A model generated the notes under the pieces. That model saw only the letters and a program-made list of their open reading frames with translations, was not told the DNA's origin and did no database searches. Position numbers and translations under genes: made by a program. Below are positions 11,390 to 23,479 of a DNA stretch of 64,000 bases, one piece after another (position 1 is the stretch's first letter; each line of letters starts with the position of its first letter). The stretch is taken from positions 6,076,001-6,140,000 of the forward strand of contig NC_058368.1 of NCBI RefSeq assembly GCF_018350175.1, given 5' to 3'. Source of the stretch: Felis catus (Eukaryota).

Positions 11390-14084
11390 ATCCAATCTAA
11401 TGGAAGAGTGGACACCATCCAGTTCACTATTATGAATCTGAACTCCTAAGAGTGGCTAAATTGTGTCACCTCACAGTACAGAAGCTGTAAATGAATTTGT
11501 ATCGTTTCCCATCGGGGAGAATGTGAAAATGTTTTGCAACTGCACAGAAGACAGTTGGATTCTGGTTATAAACAGGGGCATTTTTGAGGTTAAATGTGTG
11601 AGAAGGAAGTGTACATATATACTAGGCAACCAAGAGGTTACACTTTTCAAACAAGACATTAATACAATAGAGGAAAAATACACGTGAAAGCTTTACTTTG
11701 GAGAAGATATGTGATTACGCTACTAAAAAAAGGGGGGCGGTTAAGAAAAAGAAAAGTATAGAGGCCAACTCAGACTCTTCAGAGATTTAATGCTCAAAAT
11801 AAATTTAAAAAAACTTGCTGAAAGTAATTGAAGATCCCTAATTATTCTCAGGGCAGATATGTTCAGGACCTAACACCTCCATAGTCACTGAAAAGAACTC
11901 ACAACCTGCCTGTAGACATTGAGGAAAACAGTCACCACTGACACTTACAGTCACGTCCTGTGGAACATGGAACATTTGGCGTTCTTGGTGACAGATGGCT
12001 TGCTGGGCAATCATCTTCTGTATTAACAGGTACCCCAGCTCTCTGACCTCCAACGTCCCACAGGATTGAGGAAGAGACCCCAGAGGAGCTTGCTGCCACT
12101 GCAAAGGGAAGAAGAACTGCCCACGTATGTGGAGTACTATTTCCACACAACGTCTTCCTCCTCTGGCCAGACGTTATTCAGATGGAGAGGCGCAGGAAGA
12201 TTGGAAATTCACTGGAAGTTCTTGTCCAGGAGTAGTATTTGTGAAAATGCCTCAGACTCAACTTATTAACTACGATCCTTCACACAGGGTCTTCAGGTCC
12301 CATCTCTTTTCTGGATCCATCCTCACAATACAGATCCCGCTTTATAACTTTCAGGAGCAGTCCTCCCGTTGTTTGCGGACCAAGCATTTCTGCTTTTCCA
12401 GAATGCAGTTGAGGGGGAAAAGCACAAGCTTGGGAGGCCAACGGTCCTGTGTGTGACTCTGAACTCTGCTACTCACTACGTGAAGTGGCAATAATACTTC
12501 AAGATCTTGGGAGGCTTAAATTATAAATTCACGTCAAAAACTGAAAGGAAAATAACCACAGGGCAAATAAAAGGTAGTCAAGTACAGGTCAATGCTACTT
12601 GAAACTATACACATCTGGGATACAAGAGGGAAAGCAGGTGGGGGGCTGACAGTTTTGAAATACAAGTTTGCAAGGCAGCCACACTATAAAGAATAAGCTC
12701 TAAGGACACAACATGGAGCACAATATTCAAATGAAGCGTTTCAAACTATTTGTTCCTTTCTATATTGGAACCATAAGGCATGCAATCATTGCTAAATAGA
12801 GGCTATAAATAGATAAAGAGCCTTTGTATTTGTCATCAGCTTTGTTTACTGGGAAATGAATGAAAATATTACAGAAAACACTCCTTTGTTCCCGACTAGG
12901 ATACCAATTTACAAAATACATGAAGCCTGCTGCTTAGCGGGAATTTTCCATAAACTGTACAATGTAGTTCTATGTCAAATGCCGATTTGGGGTCCCTTCA
13001 ATGCTGGTCCTACCATGTCTTGCAAAGGACTAAGTCAAAGAATCAACGTGCTTGTATTTTTTCCTTTATCCCTACTTTTTTTCATTTCCCCCTTTCTTTG
13101 TTCTCCTCTTGATTTTCCTAACTGATCAAGCCAGGGAAGGTAGAATTTCCTGAAGAATATTCCACATGAGCAAAAAATGCTGGATTTCGTCTCTGGTCAT
13201 ACTGGGAACAAACGGTATCACTGAAACGAGGGAGAGGTGCATATTTAAGATAAATGTCTACAGTGGCATAGCTTGTAACACCTCTCTCTCTTCTATTCGG
13301 GTGATTTTCCATCTGTGAATCTATCACTCTCCCACTTCATACTGAACAAGAAACCAAATAATGTCCTTTTTCCCCAACATTTTTATTCTCTTCTCTCTCT
13401 TTCCAGTTTCACTGCCATCACGCTAGGTTAGCTAGTAACTGAGGATGATGATAACGGATGACAAAAATGACCACAGTGGTTCCTTTACTAAGGTTTCTTT
13501 GCTTCCCCTCTCTCTCTACTCCACTGTGTTATGAACACTACACCACACCAATTTTCCTGAAACGTGAAAAATGATCTTACCACTCGCCACTAAATTCACC
13601 AAGAGACACCAAAAGTTTGTAAGGTGAAGTAAAATTCCTTAGTCTGGCATTTAAAGCATTCAAACCTCCCAGCCCCATGATTGACCTACATAAACCATTT
13701 ACTCCAAACAAAGTCATGACTCTTACTAAAAGCTTTCCCTCCAGGTGTTAAATGCACTCGCTGAAAACTCCCGTGTATGCATCTTACCTGATGAATATAG
13801 TTACTTAATCAGAAGGAAAAACAATCTCGAGATACACGTAAATCTTCCCGAATCTGCTCCTGAGGAATTCGTTCTTGTGGTTTTCCCCAAGCAGTATCAC
13901 CACAGGAAAACTGTGTCATATATTCATTTAATTCAGTAACTCATTAAATGTTCTCTTCCTATGAAGATGGGGACTCTGTCCTCAGCTGAATCCTCAGCAC
14001 CTGTAACACTGTCTGACACCTTGTAGGTGTGAAATTTTTCTTTTTTTGAAAAATAAATCACAGGGGACCAAGAGAAAAGAAGTT

Positions 14085-15175
14085 CACATACAGCTTTGTT
14101 TTAATATTTATTGGTAGAAATAGATCTTCAATGCATACTTCGTGTTCATATAAATTCCACATTCTCTTAAGGGTTTTTTGTTTTGTATTATTTGGAGTTT
14201 TTGGCCTCCAAGTAAACTTAACACATTATCTATGCATTTGATTCTTCATAGACATTTTTTTTTTTTTAGATTTTAAAAGTAAATTTGAGAAACCATGCAT
14301 ATTTGTATACCTTACTTAATATAATCCAAAGAATTGTTTGCACATTCAAACAAGTCACAAAAAGGCCGAACTCAAGTTAAATAATCTATATGTACTAAAA
14401 TGTCCATGTTCCATTTCTGAGTAAAGAAATACTTGTTCAGTATTACATATTGCTTGCTGTCTAGTAAGATTGTCAGAGACGCTTCAGTAAATTATCTCTA
14501 TTTTTAAATATCTACTTCCTCCCAGAGATGATCCTGTAAATGTTACACATTGTGCCATATGCAGTAATAGCCCAAAAGCTTAAATAAGAACCAAACTGGT
14601 AGTTTTTAGACGGAATATTTTACCCTTAAAATTATATATCTATATATACATATATGGTATGCTGCATATTAAATTTAACATTTCAAGTAACTTAAATATA
14701 TAGAGCAAACATTCAGCCAAACACTCGCTCATGAAAAGATATCGTCCTTACAATAAAAAGTTAACAAAAGGCTTATTTAGACACCATTGTCTGGACATGG
14801 CACTAAGCCTATGGAAGCTGAAAGTCCACATAAAGTCTGCTGTGCTATTAAGAAAAGGAAGATTGATTGTTAACCTACTGAATTGTGCAGGTACAAAAGT
14901 GCTTAGCATGACGAAATTACCAAAATAAGAACATTTTAAAGATTATTTGGTTCTAGCAATATTGACTATTCTGTACTCGTCGATAATTTAACATTTGCCA
15001 TTTTAAGTTTTATATAAATTTTCTTTTTAACAAGTTAAAAAAGCACACAAAAAATAGTGCAAACTATAATAATCTGTTCTTTTTCATCCTGGTTAGCTCA
15101 TCACAAAGAATTCAACAAAAGGGTGCTTAAATACTCAGCTCTACTAAAATGTACTATTTGAACAGACCCAACGCT
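14085..15175 (-). other. RNF6: RNF6 3'UTR (~1.1 kb)
   Basis: AT-rich, repeat-free sequence between the stop codon and the AATAAA at 14112-14107; the 3' end is estimated. Confidence 0.75.
14107..14112 (-). terminator. RNF6: RNF6 polyadenylation signal AATAAA
   Basis: TTTATT on the plus strand; on the minus strand it is followed 20-60 nt later by a U/GU-rich element (tatgtgaacttcttttctcttgg...gatttatttttc). Confidence 0.75.
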
Positions 15176-16938
15176 TCACCCATTGTTTGCTATGCTGGAC
15201 CCTAGAACAGGCTGCCGACAGATGGGGCAAGTGCAATTCTCTGAGAGCCAGCGGTCAATACAATGAATGTGAAATTCGTGCATGCAAGGTAATTGCCTGA
15301 GCTTGTTTCCAGTCACATAGTCACTGATGCAAACACTACAGATTTTGCCTAGGTCACTATCGATACTGCTATGCTCATAGTTCCGGGTGGAAAGATTGTC
15401 AATCTGCTCTTTGGTTAAACCACGTATGTGATCCTCGTCATCACCTTCATTTAGTAAAAAGAAATGAGCAAGGCGAAGGATAGGTAGTGTTCCAGTTTCA
15501 ACTAAGTTATTTGAATTTCGCGACTGCCGGCCACCTCTGCTATCACTGTTTCGGGCGGGAGGCTGGGGAGTCTCGTTTTCACCACGCATTTCCGAGCTGT
15601 CTTCTCGGGCCCGCCTGCTTTGAGAGGAACCTTCACTGTGCTGGCTGATGTCATTAACTGCACCTACGGTGCTCAGATCTGAGTGCCTCTCTGGTAAATG
15701 CTGACCATGTCTCGGAACCTCTGACTCAGATTCGGCCTCCATTAAAGAACTCAATTCTCCAAATCCAGTCATGATCTGCCTTAAAATGGACCGAAGAGCC
15801 ACTGATGACGGTTCCACAAGCTCGTTCTCAGAAATCCTCCGAAGAGGAACTGTGATAGTGCTAACATAGGTTTGAACACCTGACCGCTCTAAACGAGAAA
15901 TAGTTCGGCGAAAGCCCCCACTATTGCTTTCGATAGTGACTGTATTTTCCGCTAGCCCTACCCTAGATCGAGTTCGACTTGCAATACTATCCCGATCTCT
16001 GTTTTCTCCAGGACGAATCCTTCTCACTTGGAGGTCCAGTGTGATTGTCGGATGTCGTCGTGTAGCAGTTGAAGATCTGCTAGATTCTTCTCCTTCCTCT
16101 ACTGTTATTCTTGACACAAGTCTTGAGTTAGAGAATGGAGCATAGGCAGTACCTCTACGTTCCCTATCCTGCTCTAAAAAGACACGCGTTATACCTCTCC
16201 TCCTAACAGACCTTCTGACGTTTTGCTGTAAAGGTCTACTTTCTCTCTGTGAGTTACGATAAACAGTGCCACTTTGTCTCTGAATTGGCGAGCGGCTTCG
16301 ACTGCTGAAAGCAGGCCGTAATCTTATTGGCTCTAATCTTTGGTTTGTATTCCTCACTGTAACATTAGTTCTAGCCCCATTTTCCCAAACATGTGCTGCT
16401 CCAAACCGTTGCCCCTCCCTCTGCCTGAGTTCACTACCACCCAACTGGTTTGCATGACTACCGAAATCAGCACGCGGAGCTCTCGTTCTAGGAATGCCAA
16501 CTGCTCCCCCAATGCCATTTCTTAATCTTCCCAATGTTGAGAAAGATCCTTCTGCTGAATTCTGCCCCCTTGAACCGAGCCTAGTCCTTGGGATGTTGGA
16601 GCTACTACCACTGTGATTCATGGAGGTTTGGCTTCGCGTTCGCCTAGCCACAGGACTGGCTGACCTCTGTTGCCTATTTGTAGTACGATCCCTGCCAAAA
16701 TCTGAAAGTGGAATGCCTGTCTGATCTTCGCCATGAATTTCAATTTCTCTATTCTCATGATTTATATGGATTTCCAGACTAAACCGAAACTCTCCACTGT
16801 TTGGGTTTGTTCGACTCACAGCTCTCCAAGTTTGGTTCCCATTTTGTCCACTTCGGGTCGCGTTTCCCGTGCGTCGAAACGTGTTCAACCATTCTAGCAG
16901 AGAATCTTCGTTTGAACTTTCTCTAGGGACTTCTGAGT
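15176..16938 (-). CDS. RNF6: RNF6 large terminal coding exon (1763 nt) with C-terminal RING-H2 domain
   Basis: Matches the 592-aa ORF from DSEVPRESS onward. Acceptor ttgctttgctttccAG at 16940-16939. Contains DSLLEWLNTFRRTGN, an Arg/Ser-rich middle and CSVC...LPCMHEFHIHCIDRWLSENCTCPIC; TGA at 15178-15176. Spliced CDS is 193+96+1763=2052 nt, or 683 aa. Confidence 0.98.
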
Positions 16939-17232
16939 CTGGAAAGCAAAGCAAATCAACTTAAGATCAATTCCTAAAATCTATCTTTAGACTTTTATTA
17001 AAGCTTACAAGATAAATTTATTAAATTCAATAATATTTAAGAACATCTATGCATTTTAGTGAATGAAAATGGCAGAAAGTTGGAATTTCTAAAAGAAAAG
17101 TATATACTAGATGCACATTATAATACATTCTGATGTATTATAAAACTATAAATACTGTTTATGCAAAGCTCTGAAGAAATCCTCATTCTTACTTTCTCTA
17201 TGCCCATTACTGGCAAAATATTCAGCCAAATG

Positions 17233-17440
17233 AGGAGGCGCCTGGATGGCTCAGTCAGTTAAGTGCTTGACTCTTGATTTCAGCTTAGGTCATGATCTCA
17301 CCATTCGTGAGTTCAAGCCCTGTGTCAGGCTCTGTGCTGACAGCACGGAGCCTGCTTGGGATTCTCTGTCTCCCTCTTTCTTGGCCCTTCCACCCGCCTG
17401 CATACTCAATCTCTCCCAAAGATAAATAAATATTTTAAAA
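17233..17440 (+). mobile_element. CAN-SINE in the last RNF6 intron, antisense to RNF6
   Basis: ggaggcgcctggatggctcagtcagttaag...gagttcaagccc. Confidence 0.9.
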
Positions 17441-17709
17441 AACTAAAGCAGATGAGAAATACAGCCAATACTAAAACAGTACATTTAAATTGCTTTAGCC
17501 ATATGGTAAAATCAGTAAAATATAGTGGCAAAACTTATATATAATTCATTGTGAATGGGATTCTTCTGGTAAAGGGAAGTCAACATTTTACAGCTAGAGG
17601 TATTTTCATGACCTCAGAAATTTTATCCTATTTCTCAGGAACTGCCAAAAATGTACACTTTAAGAAATGTGCCTTTCTGAATACATATTAGCACTACATT
17701 ATGTCTTTA

Positions 17710-18030
17710 TGTGAAGCTGGGAAACTTTAGGCATGCTACCTAAGTTCTCTATGACTGTACCCTTATTTGTAACTTGGAGATAATAAAAGTATAAATGTCA
17801 TAGGATTATCATGGGAATAAAATACTGGATACAAAATGATTAGCACAATACCTGGCATATAGGAAGCATTTAATAAATGTTAGCCATTATGAATATTTTC
17901 TGTTCATTTAGAATGTAAGCTCCAGGAAGATGAAGAGTTTTATCTTGTCTTATTTACCGTTAAATCCCCACCTCTACAACAGTATCCGGTACAAATCAGA
18001 CTCTCTCAATTAATGTTGAATGAATCAAGT
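17710..18030 (+). mobile_element. MIR plus L2 3'-end remnants
   Basis: ttagcacaatacctggcatataggaagcatttaataaatgttagc; tagaatgtaagctccagg...gttgaatgaat. Confidence 0.6.
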
Positions 18031-18823
18031 TAGAAAAAATGTGCCCCTGATAAACTTCCATAACACTGCTACTACGGGAAGCTTAAGTTTTCCATTTTTA
18101 ACCAGTGGATTATATAAAGGGAAAAAGTCAATGAAAATCATTCTAATGCACATGAACTATACAGACTTTAACCTTTAAGTTTATTCTACACGAAAATGGC
18201 CGTTAAATGAGATGGCTTTGATTTCGTTTCAATCTCTTATAAAAATTTCTTGTAAAAACCATTTTTAAATATTAAAGTTAAAGCTATTAATCAACTGCTG
18301 GTGTCAATAAAATAAACCACCTTTAGCCATATCTAAAAGATACAAGCTATTTTACATGTGGTAAGTACATTTTCCATTAAAACATAGTAAAAGGACCAGC
18401 ATTACCAGCTATAGCAATATGGTATAACTTCCGTATCTACATATACAGAAAAAAAAAGGAAATCCAATTTCCATTTTAATTTGGAAAGAGACAGGAGTAA
18501 AAGGCAGATAAAAAACACGCTAAAAGCAACTTCCATCTTCAGTTCCTAGAACGTATGATGATGGTGTGCGTAAAAGAGTTCACTAATAATCTAATGAGAA
18601 CCGTCCTGCCCTACGCCTTTTACAAATGCACTGTAATGGTCACGTGAACAGCCTGGCCGTTGGGTGCAGCCATGTGACTAGGTTCTCATCAGTGGAATAG
18701 GAGTGAAAGTGATAGATCTCACTTTCAGACTGGTGCCTGGACCTCTTTCTGGAACCTAGACCTGCCAGCTAGAACCTAGATGTGGTTGTGACTTAGCTGG
18801 ATCACGTACACAATATCCTGGAG

Positions 18824-19045
18824 CAGCAGCGTCCAGTGAAACTTTTAATATGCAAATATGAAAATATGCAGCAGTGGAAATTTCTACGTCTGTCCTGCCC
18901 AATACAGAAGTCACTAACCATATGTGACTACCGAGCACTTCAATGTGGCTAACAGGAGTGAAAAGCTGAATTTTAAATGTTATTTAATTTTACTTAAGTT
19001 TAAATGGTCACAGAGGACTAGTAGCTCCTGTACTGGATGGTACAG
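18824..19045. mobile_element. MER3-like hAT DNA transposon within an old MaLR LTR remnant
   Basis: cactaaccatatgtgactaccgagcacttcaatgtggcta...ctgaattttaaatgttatttaattttactta. Confidence 0.7.
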
Positions 19046-19799
19046 TGATAGAACTACTCTGCTGGCTGGGTTCCAAGAGGATTCATGGAGTAAAGCTTGC
19101 CTATCTGCCCTGGACTGTTAACAGGAAAAGAAACTTGTATCTCACTGAGCCGCTGCATTTTTGAGTTTTTAATCGTCTTTGCTCTAATACAATAATCTTA
19201 ATATGTGAAATGACTTAAAAAAAAGTGAAACTACCAATAATGAATACTTCTGGGGGAGGAAGTAGAACTGGTAAGAGGTACATTGAGTTGGCTTTACTTT
19301 TAATTCTATACACTTCTGTTTAGTTTGAAATTTTTTTCACTTTATGTTTTATAAGAACTTTTTATGACTTAGTGTTTGTTCAGTAACACGACAAACACAA
19401 AAATAATAAAACTAACAATAAAGACACGTTTTCTCAATCTTTCTGTATTGCTCTGTAGAAAATTTTAGAAGCTAAGTTTAGTTACATTACTTTAAAAGAA
19501 GTAGTGTGTGCATTCTAAGATTAAAAAGAATTATGCTGGTAATTAACTTCATTGTATACTATTTTACATACATGAGCTCCCCAAGGGCAATCTGTGTGTG
19601 TAAAAGGTCTTTGTATTCAACCCCTGTCCTATACTGCCTAACTAGGCTGCTTTGCACATGATGGGTAAATACTATCTGAATGAGTACCACATTAAAACTG
19701 GAAAACATTAAAAACAAAAGTACTGTCCAAGATCTAGTAAGTTCATGTCTGCCACTGCTCTAATTAAACCTGTTCCTAATGGAAAGGAGTCCACAGTAC

Positions 19800-19895
19800 C
19801 TCTGGTATCTGTCCCACTTCTCAAGTCAGGCTGAGATGCTCTTTGTTCCTTGACTCCATCTAATCGCTGCTGTAGTTCTTCTGATGTTATTTCTC
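19800..19895 (-). CDS. RNF6: RNF6 second coding exon (96 nt, phase 1-1); absent from the ORF track
   Basis: Acceptor tttatcgtttttAG, donor GAG|GTACTG. Reads (G)EITSEELQQRLDGVKEQRASQPDLRSGTDTR in frame with both neighbouring exons; GTPGEITxEELxxRL is typical of RNF6/RLIM. Confidence 0.95.
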
Positions 19896-20393
19896 CTAAA
19901 AACGATAAAAAATTGCTCAGTGAAACTAAATACCTTAAATGATTGTTTTATGAGAACTCGTGAAGGGTAAGACTAATAATCTTTAGCGATCTGCAAAAGA
20001 CATTCTGTTATTTTCATGGTCTGTTACATTGAAAGACAGTTAAAAATATTTAATTGATGCAAGTATACATTATTTTGGTTGTATTTTATTAAAATAAAAA
20101 TAGGATTTAATTTGAATACTTTTTTAAAAATCCTCTCAGTTGATACACTTAGGAATCTAGAAGCCCTAATTCGTAGATTTTTATTAGAGTTAAGAGGAAT
20201 TTAAAGGGAAGTATTTCTAGGAAAAACTCTGAATCTTTATCTGCTTGAATGTTACCTCAACAGGTCATTATATCAGTCATCAATATACAGTGTGCAAATA
20301 TACAATATACAAATATATCCTGTACAAACATACAAGTTTCAATTAGTTCATTTCTGAAATAAATTTGTAAAAAACTTATGGAACACACTAGAC

Positions 20394-20910
20394 TTTTTTT
20401 TTTTATTTTTTTTTATTTTTTCAACGTTTTTTATTTATTTTTGGGACAGAGAGAGACAGAGCATGAACGGGGGAGGGGCAGAGAGAGAGGGAGACACAGA
20501 ACCGGAAACAGGCTCCAGGCTCCGAGCCATCAGCCCAGAGCCCGACGCGGGGCTCGAACTCACGGACTGCGAGATCGTGACCTGGCTGAAGTCGGACGCT
20601 TAACCGACTGCGCCACCCAGGCGCCCCCACACTAGACTTTTGAAGCATTATTAATTCAGCTAAGTAAATAAATAAAATTATAACACCTCATATTAGTTTT
20701 TTTTTTTTTTAATGTTCATTTATTTTTGAGAGAGAGAGACAGAGACCAAGCGGGGGAGGGGCAGAGAGAGAGTAGACACAGAATGTGAAGCAGGCTCCAG
20801 GCTCTGAGTTGTCAGCACAGAGCCCGACACGGGGCTCCAACTCACAGACCACGAGATTGTTACCTGAGCCAAAGTTGGACACTCAACCAACGGTGCCACC
20901 CAGGCGCCCC
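20394..20910 (-). mobile_element. Two CAN-SINEs (~20394-20627 and ~20696-20910) in an RNF6 intron
   Basis: Both run polyT...gccacccaggcgcccc; the first has TSD cacactagactttt. Confidence 0.92.
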
Positions 20911-21207
20911 AGAACTGGGTTTTAAAAAATATCTAATTTACAACTATTACTTAAAAGAGAAACAGGGCCATATATGTAAAAAATTGACACTATTATGTAC
21001 ATTTGTGAGCTCCATGTCTAAGATTCATACTTATCAAAAAGAGAAGCCAGTGATTTTCTGTTTTGTCATATTACAAGGTTCTTAAATTCACAAAAATAGT
21101 GCCTTATATTTTGGGAGAGGGAAGAAGGGGGGGAAAAACCCTCCTTATTTTGAAACTCCTCCTTACTATAATAAAAAAAGGTGTCTCCTCTTTTACCCAT
21201 ATCTTAC

Positions 21208-21400
21208 CAGGGGTGCCTAAAAGATTGTGGTCTCTCATTAGCCTGTAATCTTCATCATTGAGTTCATTAATAAACTGGTAATAGGCTTCTTCTCTGTGGA
21301 GACGCTCTTGCTGCCATCTTCTCTCACTTTCACGAAGATTATGGTCTTGAGATGAGGCTTCTTCACTACCATCGTCCGATCTCGATCTAGACGGATTCAT
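21208..21400 (-). CDS. RNF6: RNF6 first coding exon (193 coding nt; exon begins at 21418 with 18 nt of 5'UTR)
   Basis: Translates MNPSRSRSDDGSEEASSQDHNLRESERRWQQERLHREEAYYQFINELNDEDYRLMRDHNLLGTP(G), the RNF6/RLIM N-terminus. Acceptor ttgaacAG at 21420-21419, ATG at 21400, donor CTG|GTAAGA after 21208 (phase 1). Confidence 0.96.
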
Positions 21401-22169
21401 ACTGAGATTCCTGGCTTTCTGTTCAAACAAGATGTACAAGATCCAGGCTGTTAGTCATGGACTACACAGAGCTTCGTGTTTTTGACTTACAGTCTCTTTG
21501 CTTTCAGTTTAAATTTCGTCCTCTGCTCATATATTTCATATGCCAAATCTCGCAGTGAAGAACTCACACATGAAACGAAAAGCAGCTTCTAGGAGACAGA
21601 ACACAACTGGACCTACTTCTTTGCTTAAAGCCGCTACTTAAAGCAGACTGGACTTGGTCTTACCACGCATTTCTCACAGCTGAACCCCAAAGTGCTTCTC
21701 TCATTTTTCTGCCTCCTTCACTCTCTGATAAAGTTGATCTAAAACCCTCACGGATAGTTCGAGTATCTGGGTACTTCATGTGAGCATACAAAACATAAGC
21801 TGAATTATGCACTTTATGTATGATTTTAAATTGTTTTTTACTTAGTAAGCACAGAGCTATTGGGAGGCTATCGTTTACATTTATTTCCAGCAAAGGTATT
21901 CTCCCCCAAATACAACTCACATTATGTAATATTACCCTCCGTTGCACTTTGTTAGGTAAAAAATAATTTGGCCTACTGTATCTACTGAACAGACTTGGCG
22001 GCTGGTCTCTTAAACCTAACAGGAAACGCCACACACTTGCTCTGAGGACTGTGAATGTCTATCAGAGCACCCTGTGTCTCCCCAAAGCAAACCTCATCCT
22101 CAGGCCTGGTTAGTCCCAGAGGTTTCTGAGTGCCCGTGAAACTTCCTGACCTTGCCTAGGCAAACCCTA

Positions 22170-22389
22170 TTTTTTTTTTTTTTTTAATGCTTTATTTATT
22201 TTTGAGACCGAGAGAGACAGAGCATGAACGGGGCAGGGGCAGAGAGAGAGGGAGACACAGAATCGGAAGCAGGCTCCAGGCTCCGAGCCATCAGCCCAGA
22301 GCCTGACGCGGGGCTCGAACTCACGGACCGCGAGATCGTGACCTGAGCTGAAGTCGTCTGCTTAACCGACTGAGCCACCCAGGCGCCCC
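22170..22389 (-). mobile_element. Young CAN-SINE in the RNF6 5' intron
   Basis: Full-length, TSD aaaccctatttt. Confidence 0.93.
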
Positions 22390-23225
22390 AAACCCTATTT
22401 TTTTTTAATTATACTCAAGTGTCATTCCTTAGAGGCTTACTTTCACACAGAAGAGAAACCAGTGAGGAAAATTACTTGTTTCACAAATATCTTAGAATTT
22501 CTTAAACGCATCTATTTAGCAAGTCAACGGCTGTCACATGGGAAGGCACATCAAACTCATTTGAGGAAATTCTTAAAAATAAAGATGCCCTAGATCTCAT
22601 CTCGAATATCAGATCAGAATTTTCCAAGGTAGGGCCCAGGTCTACCTTTAAAAGCTAATTTGGGTGTGCTGTGGAAGGAAATAAACTATTCCTTGACAAT
22701 TTCTAGGTGTCAATAAAGGGTGTGCGTGATTATAGCACATGACATAATGGAGGCTGGAGGATCAAATAACTAGGTGACCAGAGAAGCAACGGCTGCGCCT
22801 CTGACTCAGTGTTTAATAAGCAAATACTTTAAATACAAAGTAAATTAGTCTACAAGTCTGAACTATGTGTAAGTATCCAGTTTCATGTACATTCTAACAT
22901 TAAGTTCCAAATTTGGGGATTTTATTACAGTGACTATTATGTCCCTTTTTAAAGGAAAGATCGAATGACACTACCCAATCAAAAGCAAATTAACGTTACT
23001 AGAAACTCAAGGTTTGTTTCCATTTTCAGAATAATCACAAGGCCATCATTAGCAAAGAGCACGTGTGCTAGGGAGAGCAGTAATAAAATTTTTGTACTAA
23101 ACATTTAAAAAATTTGAAACCCATCATAAAAACCAAGCTACCCTGATAATCACTCAAAACTTTAAGAGCTTCTGCTCGCAGGTAATTTTCTTGTACGATT
23201 AACCACAACTAAACGAAGTGAATAC

Positions 23226-23308
23226 CTTATTTTCCTTTCAACATGCTTTCAATACACGCAGGGGTGTCCATCCTTCCATTGTTTGTGCTTTTTTGGAGCG
23301 CTGCCCAT
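23226..23308 (-). other. RNF6: Probable RNF6 non-coding 5'UTR exon 2 (83 nt; possible alternative acceptor extends it to 23369)
   Basis: Strong acceptor ttctctcttattgctccAG at 23310-23309, donor AAG|GTATTC after 23226, second acceptor ctttgttAG at 23371-23370. It lies between the CpG island and the first coding exon. Confidence 0.65.
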
Positions 23309-23479
23309 CTGGAGCAATAAGAGAGAATTCAATCATTCAATAAATGGTCTCTTTGAAGGACGGGAATGGCTAACAAAGTCAAAGCTCTGCTGCAAAGTCA
23401 AAGCAAAACCTTCAGTGGATCCTGTTAGACGCTCGCCTAGAAAATCAGATCCCCCAAACAATTAGGTCATTAAAACCCC

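Noticed and set aside
15924..16525. Plus-strand ORFs antisense to the RNF6 large exon
   Set aside because: Short shadow ORFs of the coding strand with no independent support.
16939..16954. ORF-track start MLCFP for the 592-aa RNF6 ORF, and MYILFEQ at 21439
   Set aside because: Intronic read-through upstream of splice acceptors; the real start is ATG 21400.
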